Virus record (IMG/VR): IMGVR_UViG_3300037247_000601
Coordinates: 1 to 60,449 of that record
DNA length: 60,449 nucleotides
DNA from: a virus
Lineage: Duplodnaviria > Caudoviricetes
Direction: 5' to 3' (one strand)
A program made the position numbers and the translations under genes. This document shows, one piece after another, positions 52,028 to 60,255 of this stretch; the stretch's first letter is position 1; each line of letters opens with the position of its first letter. A model generated the notes under the pieces. That model had not been told where the DNA came from. It searched no databases and saw nothing but the letters and a program-made list of their open reading frames with translations.

Positions 52028-52254
52028 GTCGAGGGCGCCCGTCGCCATTTGGTGTAGGTCATGGTCTCAGGGTAGAGCCACCGTACCTCGCGGATCAGCC
52101 CGAACCATCGCTTCCGTGTTCTGATCTCCCCCTTGAGGTGTCGGCCCTTGCCTGGGCACGGCAGGTACATGGTCGGGTCAAAATCGTCGTCGCTCGCTTC
52201 GTCTCTGATCCCAACTAAATCGCTGCACTCAGAACAGATAATCGAGACGGTCAT
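52024..52254 (-). CDS. Hypothetical protein
   Basis: GGAGG SD; CSEC. Confidence 0.6.
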   Translation of the reverse strand: MTVSIICSECSDLVGIRDEASDDDFDPTMYLPCPGKGRHLKGEIRTRKRWFGLIREVRWLYPETMTYTKWRRAPST

Positions 52255-52313
52255 TCGTCGTCCTCCAGCGTTGGTGTGGAGTCGGCCCACGCTATCTCGG
52301 TGTTCTCCGCCAT

Positions 52314-53897
52314 CTATGATGGTGCTCCCTCGAACAATGGCGTATCGGCGCCCTCGACGTGTGCTAGGCGCCGCCGGATGTCGGCGACGAACCGCGCCTC
52401 TTTCTCGATCACGATGGCGTCGAAACCTTCGCGTAAGCAGGCCATGGCGGTGGTGCCCGATCCGGCGAAGGGGTCGAGAACCAGTCCGCCCGGCGGCGTG
52501 ATAAGGCGGCACAGATAGGCCATTAGGTCGACGGGTTTCACCGTGGGGTGCTTGGAGCCCAGGCGGTCGGCCTTGTCCGCCTTGGCGGTGTAGAAAAATC
52601 GTGCGGCGGTGCCTTGGTCTCCATACGCCTCAAAACCACCGGCTCGGTCCGGCATGTCGCCATAGACGTTGGCGAAGGGTGAGGACGGCTCGGCTCCAGT
52701 CAGTGAGCCACCTGGGCCGGTTCGGGGGAACGCCTGCAGCACCTCCTCGGAGCCGTCGTGAATGCAATTTGCCGGCCATCTTCCCGCCGGTGAGCCCCCG
52801 CGCGGCCCAGGCGTTGCCGCAAAGTCAGTTGAGCCTTTTTCGGCGTAACGACGATCAGCCGACGCCTCGCCGTCACGGCCGTTGCCCTGATAGGCGTTCG
52901 GCCGATAGCCGTGCTCATGGTTTGCTTGGTTAAATCTGTCGGTCCCCGGCGGCGTCGTGTTTTTGAAAGTCCCCACCCTGCACCCGTCGATGTTCAGCGC
53001 CCCCGTGCCATGCTCCAGCACGTTCGCCGCGACGGTCTTTTCCGACAGCGGCTTGCGGGCTAGGCAGATGATCTCGGTGGCGGGCTTCAGCGCTGTGCCC
53101 CAGCCTTCCCATTGCTTGGCGGCATCGGTCGCCGGGGCGGTTTGGTCCCCACCGACAGAGCCGAGACGTTCGCCGCCGAGGCCACCCATGTCCCCGTCAT
53201 GCTGGCCCGTTATTTCGCGCTCGGTTTCTACTCGTTCAATCAGCGCCAACCAATCATCTGCCAGCGATAGAAGTGGTTGCAATATTCGCCATTGTGCCCG
53301 CGTCGGGACGTTGTGACCCCTTGCCCAGTTAACGGAAGCTCCACCGTGATTGTGATTGTCGTAGAAATGTCCCGCGCCACATATTGCCGCATGGGTAAGT
53401 CCGGTTTTATGGCGCTGTTGTTCGTAGTGTTTTGCAAACTCGCTGAACATTCCTGCCCGCGGTGCCCCCCTATCTATCCCCTTGCTCACGTCATGTGATT
53501 TCGGAAAACCGGTGCCGTAGTGCCACATGATGGTGTCGCGAATCTCAAACCCCGCGTCCTCGATCGCGCAAGCTAGGCGGTGGTAGGTACGCGTGCCGCC
53601 AAATACCAGCATGTGCCCGCCGGGCTTGAGCAGTTCGAACGCCAGCCGCCAGGTCTCGGGCCGGAACGCAATATCGCCGCCGTCCCAAGTTTGGCCCATA
53701 AAGCCAGCCGCAGCCCGGCCGTAAACGCCCGTCGCGCCGTCGCTCTTGACCGGCGCGCTGCCGTCCTTGCCGAAGCGCTTCACGATGCTGACCAAATGAT
53801 AGGGTGGATCGCAACAGACCGAGTCGACCTGGACGCCTTCCTCATGGAGTCGCGGCATCACTTCCAGGCAGTCGCCGTGTTCGACCCGCACGCTCAT
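52314..53897 (-). CDS. N6A/N4C DNA methyltransferase (beta class) with internal HTH
   Basis: HGDC, DPPY, GFPKS, HPTVKP, LDPFAGSGTT. Confidence 0.92.
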   Translation of the reverse strand: MSVRVEHGDCLEVMPRLHEEGVQVDSVCCDPPYHLVSIVKRFGKDGSAPVKSDGATGVYGRAAAGFMGQTWDGGDIAFRPETWRLAFELLKPGGHMLVFGGTRTYHRLACAIEDAGFEIRDTIMWHYGTGFPKSHDVSKGIDRGAPRAGMFSEFAKHYEQQRHKTGLTHAAICGAGHFYDNHNHGGASVNWARGHNVPTRAQWRILQPLLSLADDWLALIERVETEREITGQHDGDMGGLGGERLGSVGGDQTAPATDAAKQWEGWGTALKPATEIICLARKPLSEKTVAANVLEHGTGALNIDGCRVGTFKNTTPPGTDRFNQANHEHGYRPNAYQGNGRDGEASADRRYAEKGSTDFAATPGPRGGSPAGRWPANCIHDGSEEVLQAFPRTGPGGSLTGAEPSSPFANVYGDMPDRAGGFEAYGDQGTAARFFYTAKADKADRLGSKHPTVKPVDLMAYLCRLITPPGGLVLDPFAGSGTTAMACLREGFDAIVIEKEARFVADIRRRLAHVEGADTPLFEGAPS

Positions 53898-53977
53898 GCT
53901 GTCTCCCCGCAGTCCCCGGGTCGCTCCAATGCGTGCCGGCAGAGTGCAATCCAGTGTATGAGTGTCAAAAACTTCAC
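53894..53977 (-). pseudogene. Probable C-terminal remnant of a methyltransferase gene
   Basis: HWIALCRHALERPGD resembles, from memory, the end of phage MTases that start MxQNxSSAVM. Confidence 0.5.
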
Positions 53978-54603
53978 AGCAACCGCCCCACGAATTCCGC
54001 TGGCATCATAATGTTCTTCCGGTGATTGCAGGAGGTACACGAAATGACGAGATTTTCTGGACCATTCGATCCCCCGCGTGCCAAGGCAATCCGGTGGTCG
54101 ACGCGATACTTCTTGCCGACCTTCTTATTGCACCACCAGCAGCGGCCTTTCTGACCAACGAGCAGTTTCTTTATATCATCGGCGGTATGGTTGCCGGGTG
54201 CTACCAGCTTCCGCGCGCGATACCTATGTGCCTTGGCCCGAGCCAGCTCTCTGTTTCGCTCGGGGTTGTTTTCGATCCACCGCTTTATGATCTCTTTCTT
54301 TTTCTCGCGGTCTCGACGGCACCGCATGCGATCATACGCGCGGATTTGATCTCGCTTCTTATCTCGGCGGGCGCGATCTTTGGCAGCAGCATTTGGGCCC
54401 GCTCTCCATCGCGCCCTTGTGGAGTCGGCCACGCATTGGCGGCACTTCCGACAGAACCACAGCTTGCCATTGGGCTTCCCTGTCGTCCCAAAATATTCCA
54501 GGGACAAAGGCTTCATTTGAAGGCATACCCTGCAAGTTCGAACCGAAGAATCGGCCGGCTCGATCCGCTGGGCCATGACCGCGCTGGAGGTGTTCTGGGT
54601 CAT
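53974..54603 (-). CDS. HNH endonuclease
   Basis: CRVC...CRQC; QKGRCWWC, VDHRIALARGGSN...NLVISC..CN. Confidence 0.9.
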   Translation of the reverse strand: MTQNTSSAVMAQRIEPADSSVRTCRVCLQMKPLSLEYFGTTGKPNGKLWFCRKCRQCVADSTRARWRAGPNAAAKDRARRDKKRDQIRAYDRMRCRRDREKKKEIIKRWIENNPERNRELARAKAHRYRARKLVAPGNHTADDIKKLLVGQKGRCWWCNKKVGKKYRVDHRIALARGGSNGPENLVISCTSCNHRKNIMMPAEFVGRLL

Positions 54604-55011
54604 CTAGGCCGCCTCCCCCTGCCCGCTCGCGCCGAACAGCGGCCCCTCGGCATGTTCGGCGTCCCAGGGCCAGACCCGCACTTCGCATTGCGCGATGCCT
54701 GCCGCCCAAGCGATAGTGACCGACTCGGCGTTACGGTCGTCGTCAATCAGGCGGTGGCGCACCAGCAGATCCTCGGTCGCCTTGATGTAATTGCTGGCGT
54801 CCATCAAGGACCGGCGCTTCGACTGAGGTAGCAGGATGGTGAGCGTAAAGGCGCCATGGATGGGCTGGAGTCCGACCCGCTGGGTCAACAATTCGTTGCC
54901 AGCCGCTCGCAGCCAGGTTCGATATCGCTCGGTCTTGGCCCGTCCGCGGCCCGGCACGTTGCGGTACAGTGAGTTGGTGCTGGGGGGCATGGGCAGCGAG
55001 AGGGTAATCAT
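54604..55011 (-). CDS. rusA: RusA-like Holliday junction resolvase
   Basis: LPMPPSTN, DASNYIKATEDLL...IDDD. Confidence 0.85.
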   Translation of the reverse strand: MITLSLPMPPSTNSLYRNVPGRGRAKTERYRTWLRAAGNELLTQRVGLQPIHGAFTLTILLPQSKRRSLMDASNYIKATEDLLVRHRLIDDDRNAESVTIAWAAGIAQCEVRVWPWDAEHAEGPLFGASGQGEAA

Positions 55012-55520
55012 GTCATCCCCTCAATGCGTCGCCGCACCTCCACCGTGCCATCGATCTTCCGCCGCAGCCGCGTGTCGAACGGGCGCGATTGCAACTTGGC
55101 GCCACGGCGCTTCTTCGGCTTGACCAGCCTCTTGTGGTGTGCGCGCTCGGCCGCCTCCTTGGCGGACTTGCGGTTGTGGCAGTCAAAGCAAAGGAGTCGC
55201 AGGTTGCCGAGCAGGAAATATTTGCGGCGCTGAGCGGGTGGCAGATCGGTCACTTTCCAAAGCGGTACCTCGTGATCAACTTCCAGAAAAGCACCGTCCG
55301 GGCCACAGTCCACACAAGCGGCGCCATCACGTTCGATCAGTTGGGGTTTGAACCGCGAGACATTCTGCGCCATCCAATATTCGTCCGCACAACCCTTGTG
55401 CATCGTGGTTTGACGAGCATGCGCCTTGCCATTCTTCTTGAGCCGTGGCTCGATCGGCTCGTCGCACCACCGGCACCAGCCGGGCCGTGCGGGGCTCAAT
55501 GGTGGCTTGCGGTGGCTCAC
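55008..55520 (-). CDS. HNH endonuclease
   Basis: CRWC; ERDG..CVDC, EVDHEVPL, NLRLLCFDCHNRKS. Confidence 0.88.
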   Translation of the reverse strand: MSHRKPPLSPARPGWCRWCDEPIEPRLKKNGKAHARQTTMHKGCADEYWMAQNVSRFKPQLIERDGAACVDCGPDGAFLEVDHEVPLWKVTDLPPAQRRKYFLLGNLRLLCFDCHNRKSAKEAAERAHHKRLVKPKKRRGAKLQSRPFDTRLRRKIDGTVEVRRRIEGMT

Positions 55521-55523
55521 CCC

Positions 55524-55820
55524 TCACCTCCCGAAAAAGCCGCCGCCCCCTCCGCGCCTGATAAGGCTGCGGTCATGGGGACGGCGTAGGACAGGGAGGC
55601 ATCGCGGGGAAACAGGAAGCAACCCCGCGACTACACCGGATGGGAACCGGTGTTCGGTTGCTGCGGGCCGGGCGCTACCCCGGCTCTCGGCTGTTACGGT
55701 GTCAGAGGCCTTGCGGCCTATCTCCGCCGGGCCGAACCCGTGGTGCGTGTCTTGCTTTCGCATAGCGGGGCCGTCCCGCATCCACGCCGCCGCAGCAATA
55801 AGTCGCGCCAGTACCTTCAT
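55524..55820 (-). CDS. Hypothetical protein (doubtful)
   Basis: Fills gap; low-complexity C-terminus. Confidence 0.4.
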   Translation of the reverse strand: MKVLARLIAAAAWMRDGPAMRKQDTHHGFGPAEIGRKASDTVTAESRGSARPAATEHRFPSGVVAGLLPVSPRCLPVLRRPHDRSLIRRGGGGGFFGR

Positions 55821-55829
55821 GCTCTCAGC

Positions 55830-55863
55830 CTACCTCAGGGAAATCGGTAGGGAAACCACGGCC
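55830..55863. repeat. 34-bp exact direct repeat, copy 1
   Basis: CTACCTCAGGGAAATCGGTAGGGAAACCACGGCC, identical at 56775-56808. Confidence 0.95.
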
Positions 55864-55898
55864 CCTACGCTGGCACGGCTCATAGAGAAGGATTGCTG

Positions 55899-56276
55899 TC
55901 ATGGGGCGCTCCGCCCAGGCACCGGGTCGCCCATCAGGGCCGCCGTCACGTTGCCGCGCACGGACGCCGGCAGTCGGTCAATCTCGGTCGCGGCCCGCGG
56001 GTCGTCCTCGAAGCAGCAGCCGGCAGGCAGCTGTTCACTCGCCGCCCTTTTGTTCGCGCCTAGCCGCCCTAGCCCCCTGGTGCGGCGCGGCAGGCCCAGT
56101 ATGGACGCGCGCACCGTCACCGCGCTGGACGTGCGGCCCAATTCCTTGGCGATATCGTCGATCGGCAAGCCCCCGGTCCACATGAGGCACAGGCGGTCGA
56201 GATCTTCCTCGGTCCATTTGAGCGGCCTTCTGCCGTACAGGCCCAGGGCCGGACGGGCGTTGAGCGGGCACATCAT
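55899..56276 (-). CDS. GcrA-like HTH protein
   Basis: WTEEDLDRL..MW..G...DDIAKELGRT..AV..RA..LGL. Confidence 0.75.
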   Translation of the reverse strand: MMCPLNARPALGLYGRRPLKWTEEDLDRLCLMWTGGLPIDDIAKELGRTSSAVTVRASILGLPRRTRGLGRLGANKRAASEQLPAGCCFEDDPRAATEIDRLPASVRGNVTAALMGDPVPGRSAP

Positions 56277-56473
56277 CGTCCCCTCGCTTGGTGCATCCGC
56301 CGAAACAGGCTGTTCACGGCGTCGACCACGCCTGCGAAATCAAAGCCGGCTGTCGCGTGCAGCGTCGGATCGCCGAACGGCATGGATCGACCGCCGAAGG
56401 CCCGGCGCCGAAAAGTCGAGCGCTTTTTGCGCCGCCGCCGGGGGCTCTTGGCCTTGAGACTGGCCCGGCTCAT
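56273..56473 (-). CDS. Basic hypothetical protein
   Basis: GGAG SD, ATGA overlaps. Confidence 0.55.
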   Translation of the reverse strand: MSRASLKAKSPRRRRKKRSTFRRRAFGGRSMPFGDPTLHATAGFDFAGVVDAVNSLFRRMHQARGR

Positions 56474-56721
56474 GGGGCACTCCAATTCCATGGTACGGGC
56501 AGGCAGCAATACACCGCGGCACTGGTCGCAATCGGCGGCTCCTTCACGGCACAGTGAACGCAGCCCCGCGTGAACGGCGCGTTGCCCTTGCCGCAAGCGG
56601 GACAGAGCCAGCCGAGGCGGAGGCGGTGGCGAGCGTTCATAGGAGCATCACGCCAACCCTGGTCAGGACAGCCCTTCGCGGTGACTTCGTGAAGCGACGA
56701 TCCGCAGATATTGCAGGCCAT
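56470..56721 (-). CDS. Cys-rich zinc-ribbon protein
   Basis: CNIC, GWLCPACG..NAP...C.HC. Confidence 0.65.
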   Translation of the reverse strand: MACNICGSSLHEVTAKGCPDQGWRDAPMNARHRLRLGWLCPACGKGNAPFTRGCVHCAVKEPPIATSAAVYCCLPVPWNWSAP

Positions 56722-56931
56722 CTATCCCGTGCTCCTCGGTGTGTTTGCCCTTAACCACCACCAGCGCCAGCGGTCTACCTCAGGGAAATCGGTAGGGAAA
56801 CCACGGCCTGTTCGGTCAGGATAAGTACAACTCAAAGAGGCCCGTGTCCTGGCGGCGAACATTCCGCACATGCAGTCGTGGCAATAGCAGCGGCCACAAT
56901 TCGGGCACTGTCCCGTGCAGTTACGGGCCAT
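56722..56931 (-). CDS. Cys-rich hypothetical protein
   Basis: CPNC..CYC..C; operon packing. Confidence 0.45.
   Translation of the reverse strand: MARNCTGQCPNCGRCYCHDCMCGMFAARTRASLSCTYPDRTGRGFPTDFPEVDRWRWWWLRANTPRSTG
56775..56808. repeat. 34-bp exact direct repeat, copy 2
   Basis: Identical to 55830-55863. Confidence 0.95.
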
Positions 56932-57159
56932 CTAATCGGCTCTCATGGGCGCCGCTTCCTCTCGAGCGCTAACCACTTGCTGTTTGTTCTCCATGGACTT
57001 CCATTTGATACGAGCATGCAGGAGGGCATCCAACGCCAACTCGATGCTGTGCCAGTTTTCCGCACGAGCGATGATCAGGCAGATCGCATCATCGACACGC
57101 GATAGACCGGATTGCGGTGCAGAGCCCAGATTGGGGCCGTTCTCCACGCGGAGTGCCAT
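56932..57159 (-). CDS. Hypothetical protein
   Basis: GGAGG SD. Confidence 0.6.
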   Translation of the reverse strand: MALRVENGPNLGSAPQSGLSRVDDAICLIIARAENWHSIELALDALLHARIKWKSMENKQQVVSAREEAAPMRAD

Positions 57160-57453
57160 CTATTTTCCTCCCTTCCCTGTCACTTCGACCCGGCCGCGCT
57201 TGTGGCCGTCCAGTCGTTTCAACCCATAGGCAGGCCAGCCGTCTGGTTCCATGTCCCCTGCCTGCAGACCGGAGCCGATTTCTGGCGCTGGCGGGCGGTC
57301 CCCGTCATCGCCGTGCGTCTCAGGCTCGGCCATGCGGCGGCGGCGCTTTATGCCAGCCCAAAATGCTCGCAAGCTCCACCACGTCAGGGCCAAAACTAGG
57401 CCCATGACTAAAATCCAGAGAATGTTGGCCAGGATGGCGGGGTCGTCGAGCAT
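57160..57453 (-). CDS. Single-pass membrane protein
   Basis: N-terminal hydrophobic helix then KRRRR. Confidence 0.65.
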   Translation of the reverse strand: MLDDPAILANILWILVMGLVLALTWWSLRAFWAGIKRRRRMAEPETHGDDGDRPPAPEIGSGLQAGDMEPDGWPAYGLKRLDGHKRGRVEVTGKGGK

Positions 57454-57455
57454 GG

Positions 57456-57953
57456 TTACGACGCCTCTTGCAAGGGACGCATCTTGTCCATACGCGCGAA
57501 CAGCGCCCGGGCCGTGCCCTCGCGACAGGCAAAGTCACCCTTCCGCCAGCGCGCCAGCGTGGTATTGGCCACGCCCTCGGCTCGGCAAACGTCGTCCAGG
57601 CTGACGCCAAGACCGGCGCAGCGGGCCTCGAGCTGCTGCAAATACGATTTAACCGCGGCACCAAGATCAATAGATAAATTCGGGGATTTCTGGGTTGGCG
57701 GAAAAGTCAATAATACAGGAAGATGCGCCGTCAACATTTCTGGCGCGAACCGAAACCACTCGCCCCGGATTCGGAGATTGCTAAATCTTTCGTGCAGCGA
57801 ACGCTCAACACCACGTTCACCGGGGAACGACCTTAGAATTCTGAGAACATCGTGATGAGCGGTTTGCAGTGCTGAGCGGCGTTTTTCGACATTCTCCGCG
57901 CACCCAATCTTCACCGGACCATCGTCGCCTGCTTGGATGAAATAGATCAACAT
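57456..57953 (-). CDS. T5orf172/GIY-YIG-family domain fused to C-terminal HTH
   Basis: IYFIQ...VKIG...R..LQ...E..LH.RF....RGEWF; LDDVCRAEGVANTTLARWRKG. Confidence 0.8.
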   Translation of the reverse strand: MLIYFIQAGDDGPVKIGCAENVEKRRSALQTAHHDVLRILRSFPGERGVERSLHERFSNLRIRGEWFRFAPEMLTAHLPVLLTFPPTQKSPNLSIDLGAAVKSYLQQLEARCAGLGVSLDDVCRAEGVANTTLARWRKGDFACREGTARALFARMDKMRPLQEAS

Positions 57954-57987
57954 GCGCGGAGCCCTGCTCACGCAGTGGGATTGGGAA

Positions 57988-58188
57988 TCATGCTGCGCCC
58001 CGTTCTCTGTAGAAATCGTTGGGCTGGACCTGTCCATCAGTCATGCCCTTAATTGCGAGCATGGTCGATAGATCGGGAATCGCCTCGCCCCTTGCGGCAC
58101 GTGTAACTGTTGAAACTGACCGCCCAATTCGCGCCGCAAATTCAGTGGCTGTTAACTCGTTAATTCTGAGATATTCGGATAAGGTCAT
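57988..58188 (-). CDS. Cro-like XRE HTH regulator
   Basis: MTLSEYL...EFAARIG.S..TV.R...G...P...T.GQV.PNDF. Confidence 0.88.
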   Translation of the reverse strand: MTLSEYLRINELTATEFAARIGRSVSTVTRAARGEAIPDLSTMLAIKGMTDGQVQPNDFYRERGAA

Positions 58189-58193
58189 GCCCC

Positions 58194-58259
58194 CTTATAA
58201 AAGTTTTTTGCAGCGGGCGCAAGTTTTTTCTTGACCTATTTTGCGGTTTGTGCAATTGT
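58194..58259. promoter_or_regulatory. Divergent early promoters with two TTGC-N7-GCAA operators
   Basis: - strand TTGCGC-N17-TATAAG; + strand TTGACC at 58231; palindromes at 58208-58222 and 58241-58255. Confidence 0.7.
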
Positions 58260-58354
58260 CCCCCATTGGTTCGCCCTTGGACCGCTCCCCGGACCCCCGG
58301 CGCCACCCGCAACCCACTTCCCCTAGGCGCCGGGGCAGGGCTAGGAGGAAAGCG

Positions 58355-58609
58355 ATGAACCGCATCATCATCAAACGCATAATCGACGGCTACACCATCA
58401 AGGCCGTGGCGCATTACCTCCCGACCGAAGACGGCTGGGAATGCCGCGTGAAAGAAGGCGCGGTCTGGGTTGAGGCGCGCGATCCCGATGAAACCGGCAA
58501 TGATGTCTGGGCCACGCTGGTCGACATGATCGACCTCGCCCTGGAGACCGCACGCCAGCGCGACGCCATGAACGCCGGCCCGTTTTCCAGCGCACAGTGC
58601 CACGCCTAA
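58355..58609 (+). CDS. First early hypothetical protein
   Basis: AGGAGG SD. Confidence 0.7.
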   Translation: MNRIIIKRIIDGYTIKAVAHYLPTEDGWECRVKEGAVWVEARDPDETGNDVWATLVDMIDLALETARQRDAMNAGPFSSAQCHA

Positions 58610-58643
58610 CAGCCCCGAGGGGCCAGGATGAGAGACAACAGCC

Positions 58644-58940
58644 ATGCCGAAGACCCCGAAGATCCACGTAATGCGCCACAAGCTGGAACTCGACATCGAG
58701 GTCGATCCCACCAGCCACAAGTCGCTCGACAACGCAGTGAGCGTTATGATGCGCGTCAAGGTGTACGTTGCAGGGCTTGAAGCCAGCCTGAAGGTCACCG
58801 ATTCGCGCCTGACGCGCGTCCCTGTCCCTGTCCCCGAGTCGGTGCAGGAAGCGCCGGAGCCCGCGGCCGCGGAACCAGCCGACAACCTGGAGCCCCCGGC
58901 GAATCTGCGCCGCGTGCCCAAGCCGGCCGCCGCGGAGTGA
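58644..58940 (+). CDS. Hypothetical protein
   Basis: ORF with protein-like composition. Confidence 0.7.
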   Translation: MPKTPKIHVMRHKLELDIEVDPTSHKSLDNAVSVMMRVKVYVAGLEASLKVTDSRLTRVPVPVPESVQEAPEPAAAEPADNLEPPANLRRVPKPAAAE

Positions 58941-58944
58941 CGCC

Positions 58945-59304
58945 ATGAACAATGCCCTACTTTCTCTCATCGCGGCAGAGTGCAAAGAGCCCTGTGCCAA
59001 CGAGCCCGATCTGCTGAAGCGAATCAAGAAAGCCATGGTGCCCGTCGCCAACGGTCACTGGATGGTAACTGACGAGGATATGTGCATCCGAGGCGCTCTG
59101 GCTGCGGTTCTGCTGGACCCAGAGACAACGGAAGATGACAAGCAGCGAATTACCTTGACGCTCGAACAGATGCGCTCGATCAGCGCCATGATATCGGGCG
59201 TTCCAGTAGACATTGAGCGTGTCCTGGACAACCCAGATGGAGTTGAGACAGTCCCCTTAGTCAAGCTCTGGCATGAGGCCAAGGCTAAGGAAATCACACC
59301 ATGA
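58945..59304 (+). CDS. Hypothetical protein
   Basis: GGAG SD. Confidence 0.7.
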   Translation: MNNALLSLIAAECKEPCANEPDLLKRIKKAMVPVANGHWMVTDEDMCIRGALAAVLLDPETTEDDKQRITLTLEQMRSISAMISGVPVDIERVLDNPDGVETVPLVKLWHEAKAKEITP

Positions 59305-59543
59305 TGCAACCAATGCCCCCCGAAGGCCAGGGCGGCTACGCTCGCAAGGTGCAGGACATCGCAATCGAGCGCGATCAGCTCAAGACGGCGAACGCGGAGC
59401 TTATCGCCGCACTGGAGAGTGTTTCTCATTGGCAGCGGGCTAAGTGCGAAGACGCGAGCGCCGAAATGCTGTTCATGTTGCTCGACAATAAGGTCGGTAT
59501 TGCACTCATCGCGCTGGCCAAGACCAAGGAACCCACGCCTTGA
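59301..59543 (+). CDS. Hypothetical coiled-coil protein
   Basis: ERDQLKTANAELIAALE; ATGA overlap. Confidence 0.7.
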   Translation: MMQPMPPEGQGGYARKVQDIAIERDQLKTANAELIAALESVSHWQRAKCEDASAEMLFMLLDNKVGIALIALAKTKEPTP

Positions 59544-59902
59544 CCAGCTCTTACCTGGAAAGGCCCCTCAGAACCGAAGCCGAGGCACGTGCCATGACCG
59601 ACCTCGCAGCGATTGATTTGGAGGAGATCAAAGCTCGCCAGCACGATATCTCGGCAAACAGCAGTCAATTGCGCGGAGACAAGAACGCCCTTATCGCTGC
59701 CGTCGAGGCGCTGCGGGAGCGCGTGGCGGAGCTTGAGGGGGATATGTTTGTTGCACGAGTCCATGCTGCCGAGGCCCACGCGACCGAGCTGGCAGGGGTG
59801 CTAGATAACATAGCAAGGGTGTCCAGTAGCTTCCCCTCCCGACAAGCAGCCCGCGCCGTCCTCAAGGCCCACGGTCCAGTCAAGCAGGAGTCCGCGCCAT
59901 GA
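59540..59902 (+). CDS. Hypothetical coiled-coil (Ead/Ea22-like) protein
   Basis: DLEEIKAR...ALIAAVEALRERVAELE; ARAVL. Confidence 0.7.
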   Translation: MTSSYLERPLRTEAEARAMTDLAAIDLEEIKARQHDISANSSQLRGDKNALIAAVEALRERVAELEGDMFVARVHAAEAHATELAGVLDNIARVSSSFPSRQAARAVLKAHGPVKQESAP

Positions 59903-60255
59903 CCGAGAGAGCCGAGAAGCGCGCCGAGCCGACGCCGGAGCGCGACTGTAGGCCGGGAACTGGCCGTTTTGAGTGTGATGAAAACGGCTTAGTCGTTGAA
60001 CGGTTTGCTAACGGTGACTGTTCCTTTGATATTTTTGACGCGAGCGAGTGGCCGGGCGGTGACGAAGACGGAAACTTTTATGCCCGCTTGATAGCCGACA
60101 CCGCAGCCGAGCGCGACCGGCTTCTGGTGGCCAACGCGGAGCTGGTGGAAGCGCTGGAAGCACTGTTGAAACAGGCTGTCTGGGATTGCCGCGAAACATA
60201 CGCTGTTGAGTTAGCCCGCGCCGTCCTGGCCAAGGCCAAGGAGCCCGGATCATGA
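59899..60255 (+). CDS. Hypothetical protein
   Basis: ERDRLLVANAELVEALE; ARAVLAKAKEP. Confidence 0.7.
   Translation: MTERAEKRAEPTPERDCRPGTGRFECDENGLVVERFANGDCSFDIFDASEWPGGDEDGNFYARLIADTAAERDRLLVANAELVEALEALLKQAVWDCRETYAVELARAVLAKAKEPGS

Noticed and set aside
55426-56457. 343-aa + strand ORF
   Set aside because: R/S/A-rich low complexity and overlaps credible - strand genes.
56470-57453. TAG recoding suggested by four in-frame ORFs joined by TAG-ATG (also at 54603, 35605, 30483)
   Set aside because: Every TAG is followed by ATG, mostly with its own SD. Long conserved genes have no internal TAG and no suppressor tRNA is seen.
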